Source: Candidatus Iainarchaeum sp. | Lineage (GTDB): Archaea > Iainarchaeota > Iainarchaeia > Iainarchaeales > CSSED10-239 | Assembly: GCA_028693335.1 (NCBI GenBank) | Contig: JAQUVR010000047.1 | Coordinates: 1 to 5,519 of the forward strand | DNA: 5,519 nt | Direction: 5' to 3' | In this document: positions 4,951-5,519 of the stretch, piece by piece | Layout of the letters: each line of letters starts with the position of its first letter | How positions within the stretch are numbered: the stretch's first letter is position 1 | Notes under the pieces: generated by a model | The model's input: the letters and a program-made list of their open reading frames with translations, nothing else | Told to the model about the DNA's origin: nothing | Database searches by the model: none | Position numbers and translations under genes: made by a program

Positions 4951-5379
4951 ATGGCAGAAGAATCAGTACAATTTATTGCAAATTTTGATAAATTTGTATC
5001 TATTAAAAAATTAACAATTGATAAAGATGTTGGACCAAGAGAAGTTATTGAATTTTTGACTAGTGTACAATTTTCAACATCTCAAAAAATTAAAGATTAT
5101 TTAAAAAAAATGTGTGATGTTGCAAAATTTGAAGAAAAAACAAAATCATTATTTTCATTAAATGTTGGACAATTTGTTGAAGAAGTTAATTCTAATGGCA
5201 CAAAAAAAATTATCAAAGATTTTGTCCCTGTTGAAATAGATAAAAAAGAGCTTAAAGATGCATATATTGAGCTATTTAAAGTATATTTAATAGAAAAATA
5301 TGCAGTTGAAAAGGGCGTTTCATTTGCAGCACACCACATAGTTTTTCCTGCAAATAAGAAACTTATGAAAAAGAAATAG
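4951..5379 (+). CDS. hypothetical protein (142 aa), the intact member of a tandem paralog pair
   Basis: ATG with an upstream GGAG, a clean ORF, and an oligo-T after the stop. It is paralogous over its full length to the two fragments at 4476-4885. I recognise no motif. Confidence 0.75.
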   Translation: MAEESVQFIANFDKFVSIKKLTIDKDVGPREVIEFLTSVQFSTSQKIKDYLKKMCDVAKFEEKTKSLFSLNVGQFVEEVNSNGTKKIIKDFVPVEIDKKELKDAYIELFKVYLIEKYAVEKGVSFAAHHIVFPANKKLMKKK

Positions 5380-5387
5380 TTTTTTTT
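5380..5387 (+). terminator. T8 run immediately after the TAG stop at 5377-5379
   Basis: Eight consecutive T directly downstream of the CDS; an archaeal oligo-T terminator candidate. Confidence 0.4.
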
Positions 5388-5454
5388 AAAAAACAAAGGT
5401 ATTTAAATTATTTTTATTATATATTATATATCTTTTTTCTAAGGAAAAACTTAT

Positions 5455-5519
5455 CCCTCCTTAGCACAGCGGTTAGTGCGTCCGGCTGTAGACTTTAAGT
5501 AATCACTTAATTTTTAGAT
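5455..5519 (+). tRNA. tRNA-Tyr (anticodon GTA), 5' portion only; interrupted after the anticodon loop (intron or split gene) and cut by the window edge
   Basis: Acceptor 5' strand CCCTCCT, where C1 is the archaeal/eukaryal Tyr identity feature. Then TA, D-arm GCAC-AGCGGTTA-GTGC, G26, anticodon stem 5' strand TCCGG (5481-5485), and loop CTGTAGA (5486-5492) with GTA at 5488-5490. The expected 3' stem strand CCGGA does not follow. AT-rich sequence CTTTAAGTAATCACTTAATTTTTAGAT follows instead. Confidence 0.75.

Noticed and set aside
419-5519. A genomic island or integrated element bracketed by tRNA-Ala and tRNA-Tyr
   Set aside because: There is no integrase, recombinase or transposase gene. I found no direct repeat of either tRNA 3' end in the window. 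Composition looks uniform across the protein-coding part, and the tRNA-Ala placement is explained by the rRNA operon remnant.
1-5519. Bacterial (CPR/Patescibacteria-like) origin instead of archaeal
   Set aside because: The 16S has the archaeal GCACACACC form and archaeal-type flanking blocks. tRNA-Tyr starts with C1 and is interrupted at the archaeal intron position. tRNAs lack encoded CCA. Gene ends are marked by oligo-T rather than hairpin terminators.
1-5519. CRISPR arrays, tandem repeats or known defence/toxin-antitoxin modules
   Set aside because: No regularly spaced direct repeats are visible, and there are no cas-like, nuclease, HEPN/PIN or small antitoxin-like gene pairs. The only duplicated unit is the diverged paralog pair at 4476-5379.

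Overview
Very AT-rich window with every credible gene on the + strand. It reads as a small-genome, DPANN-like archaeon. This rests on an archaeal-type 16S 3' end, a tRNA-Tyr with C1 that is interrupted after the anticodon loop, oligo-T stops, and TATA-like boxes about 25-28 nt upstream of several gene starts.

Gene order:
- 1-200: last ~200 nt of 16S rRNA, ending GGATCACCTCCT at 189-200.
- 419-490: spacer tRNA-Ala(TGC), followed by a T-run. No 23S follows.
- 593-1315 and 1317-1907: two tightly coupled polytopic membrane proteins.
- 1908-2251: an ORF-free gap of 344 nt that I read as an RNase P RNA (~1941-2226).
- 2252-3007 and 3047-3868: two unknown proteins, a possible GNAT-like fold and a possible kinase-like fold. 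The second overlaps, by ATGA, a clear TK1-type thymidine kinase (3865-4434).
- 4476-4885 and 4951-5379: tandem paralogs of an unknown ~140-aa protein. The first is broken by a 1-nt frameshift and the second is intact.
- 5455 onward: the 5' part of tRNA-Tyr(GTA), which is either intron-containing or a split gene. The window ends before this can be resolved.

I see no CRISPR array, transposase, integrase or recognisable defence or toxin gene. The most defensible discoveries are the RNase P RNA, the unknown-protein + tdk coupling, the frameshifted paralog pair, the interrupted tRNA-Tyr, and an A1405:U1496 covariation in the 16S decoding helix. All functional calls for the unknown proteins are by-eye motif inference and need profile or structure searches.
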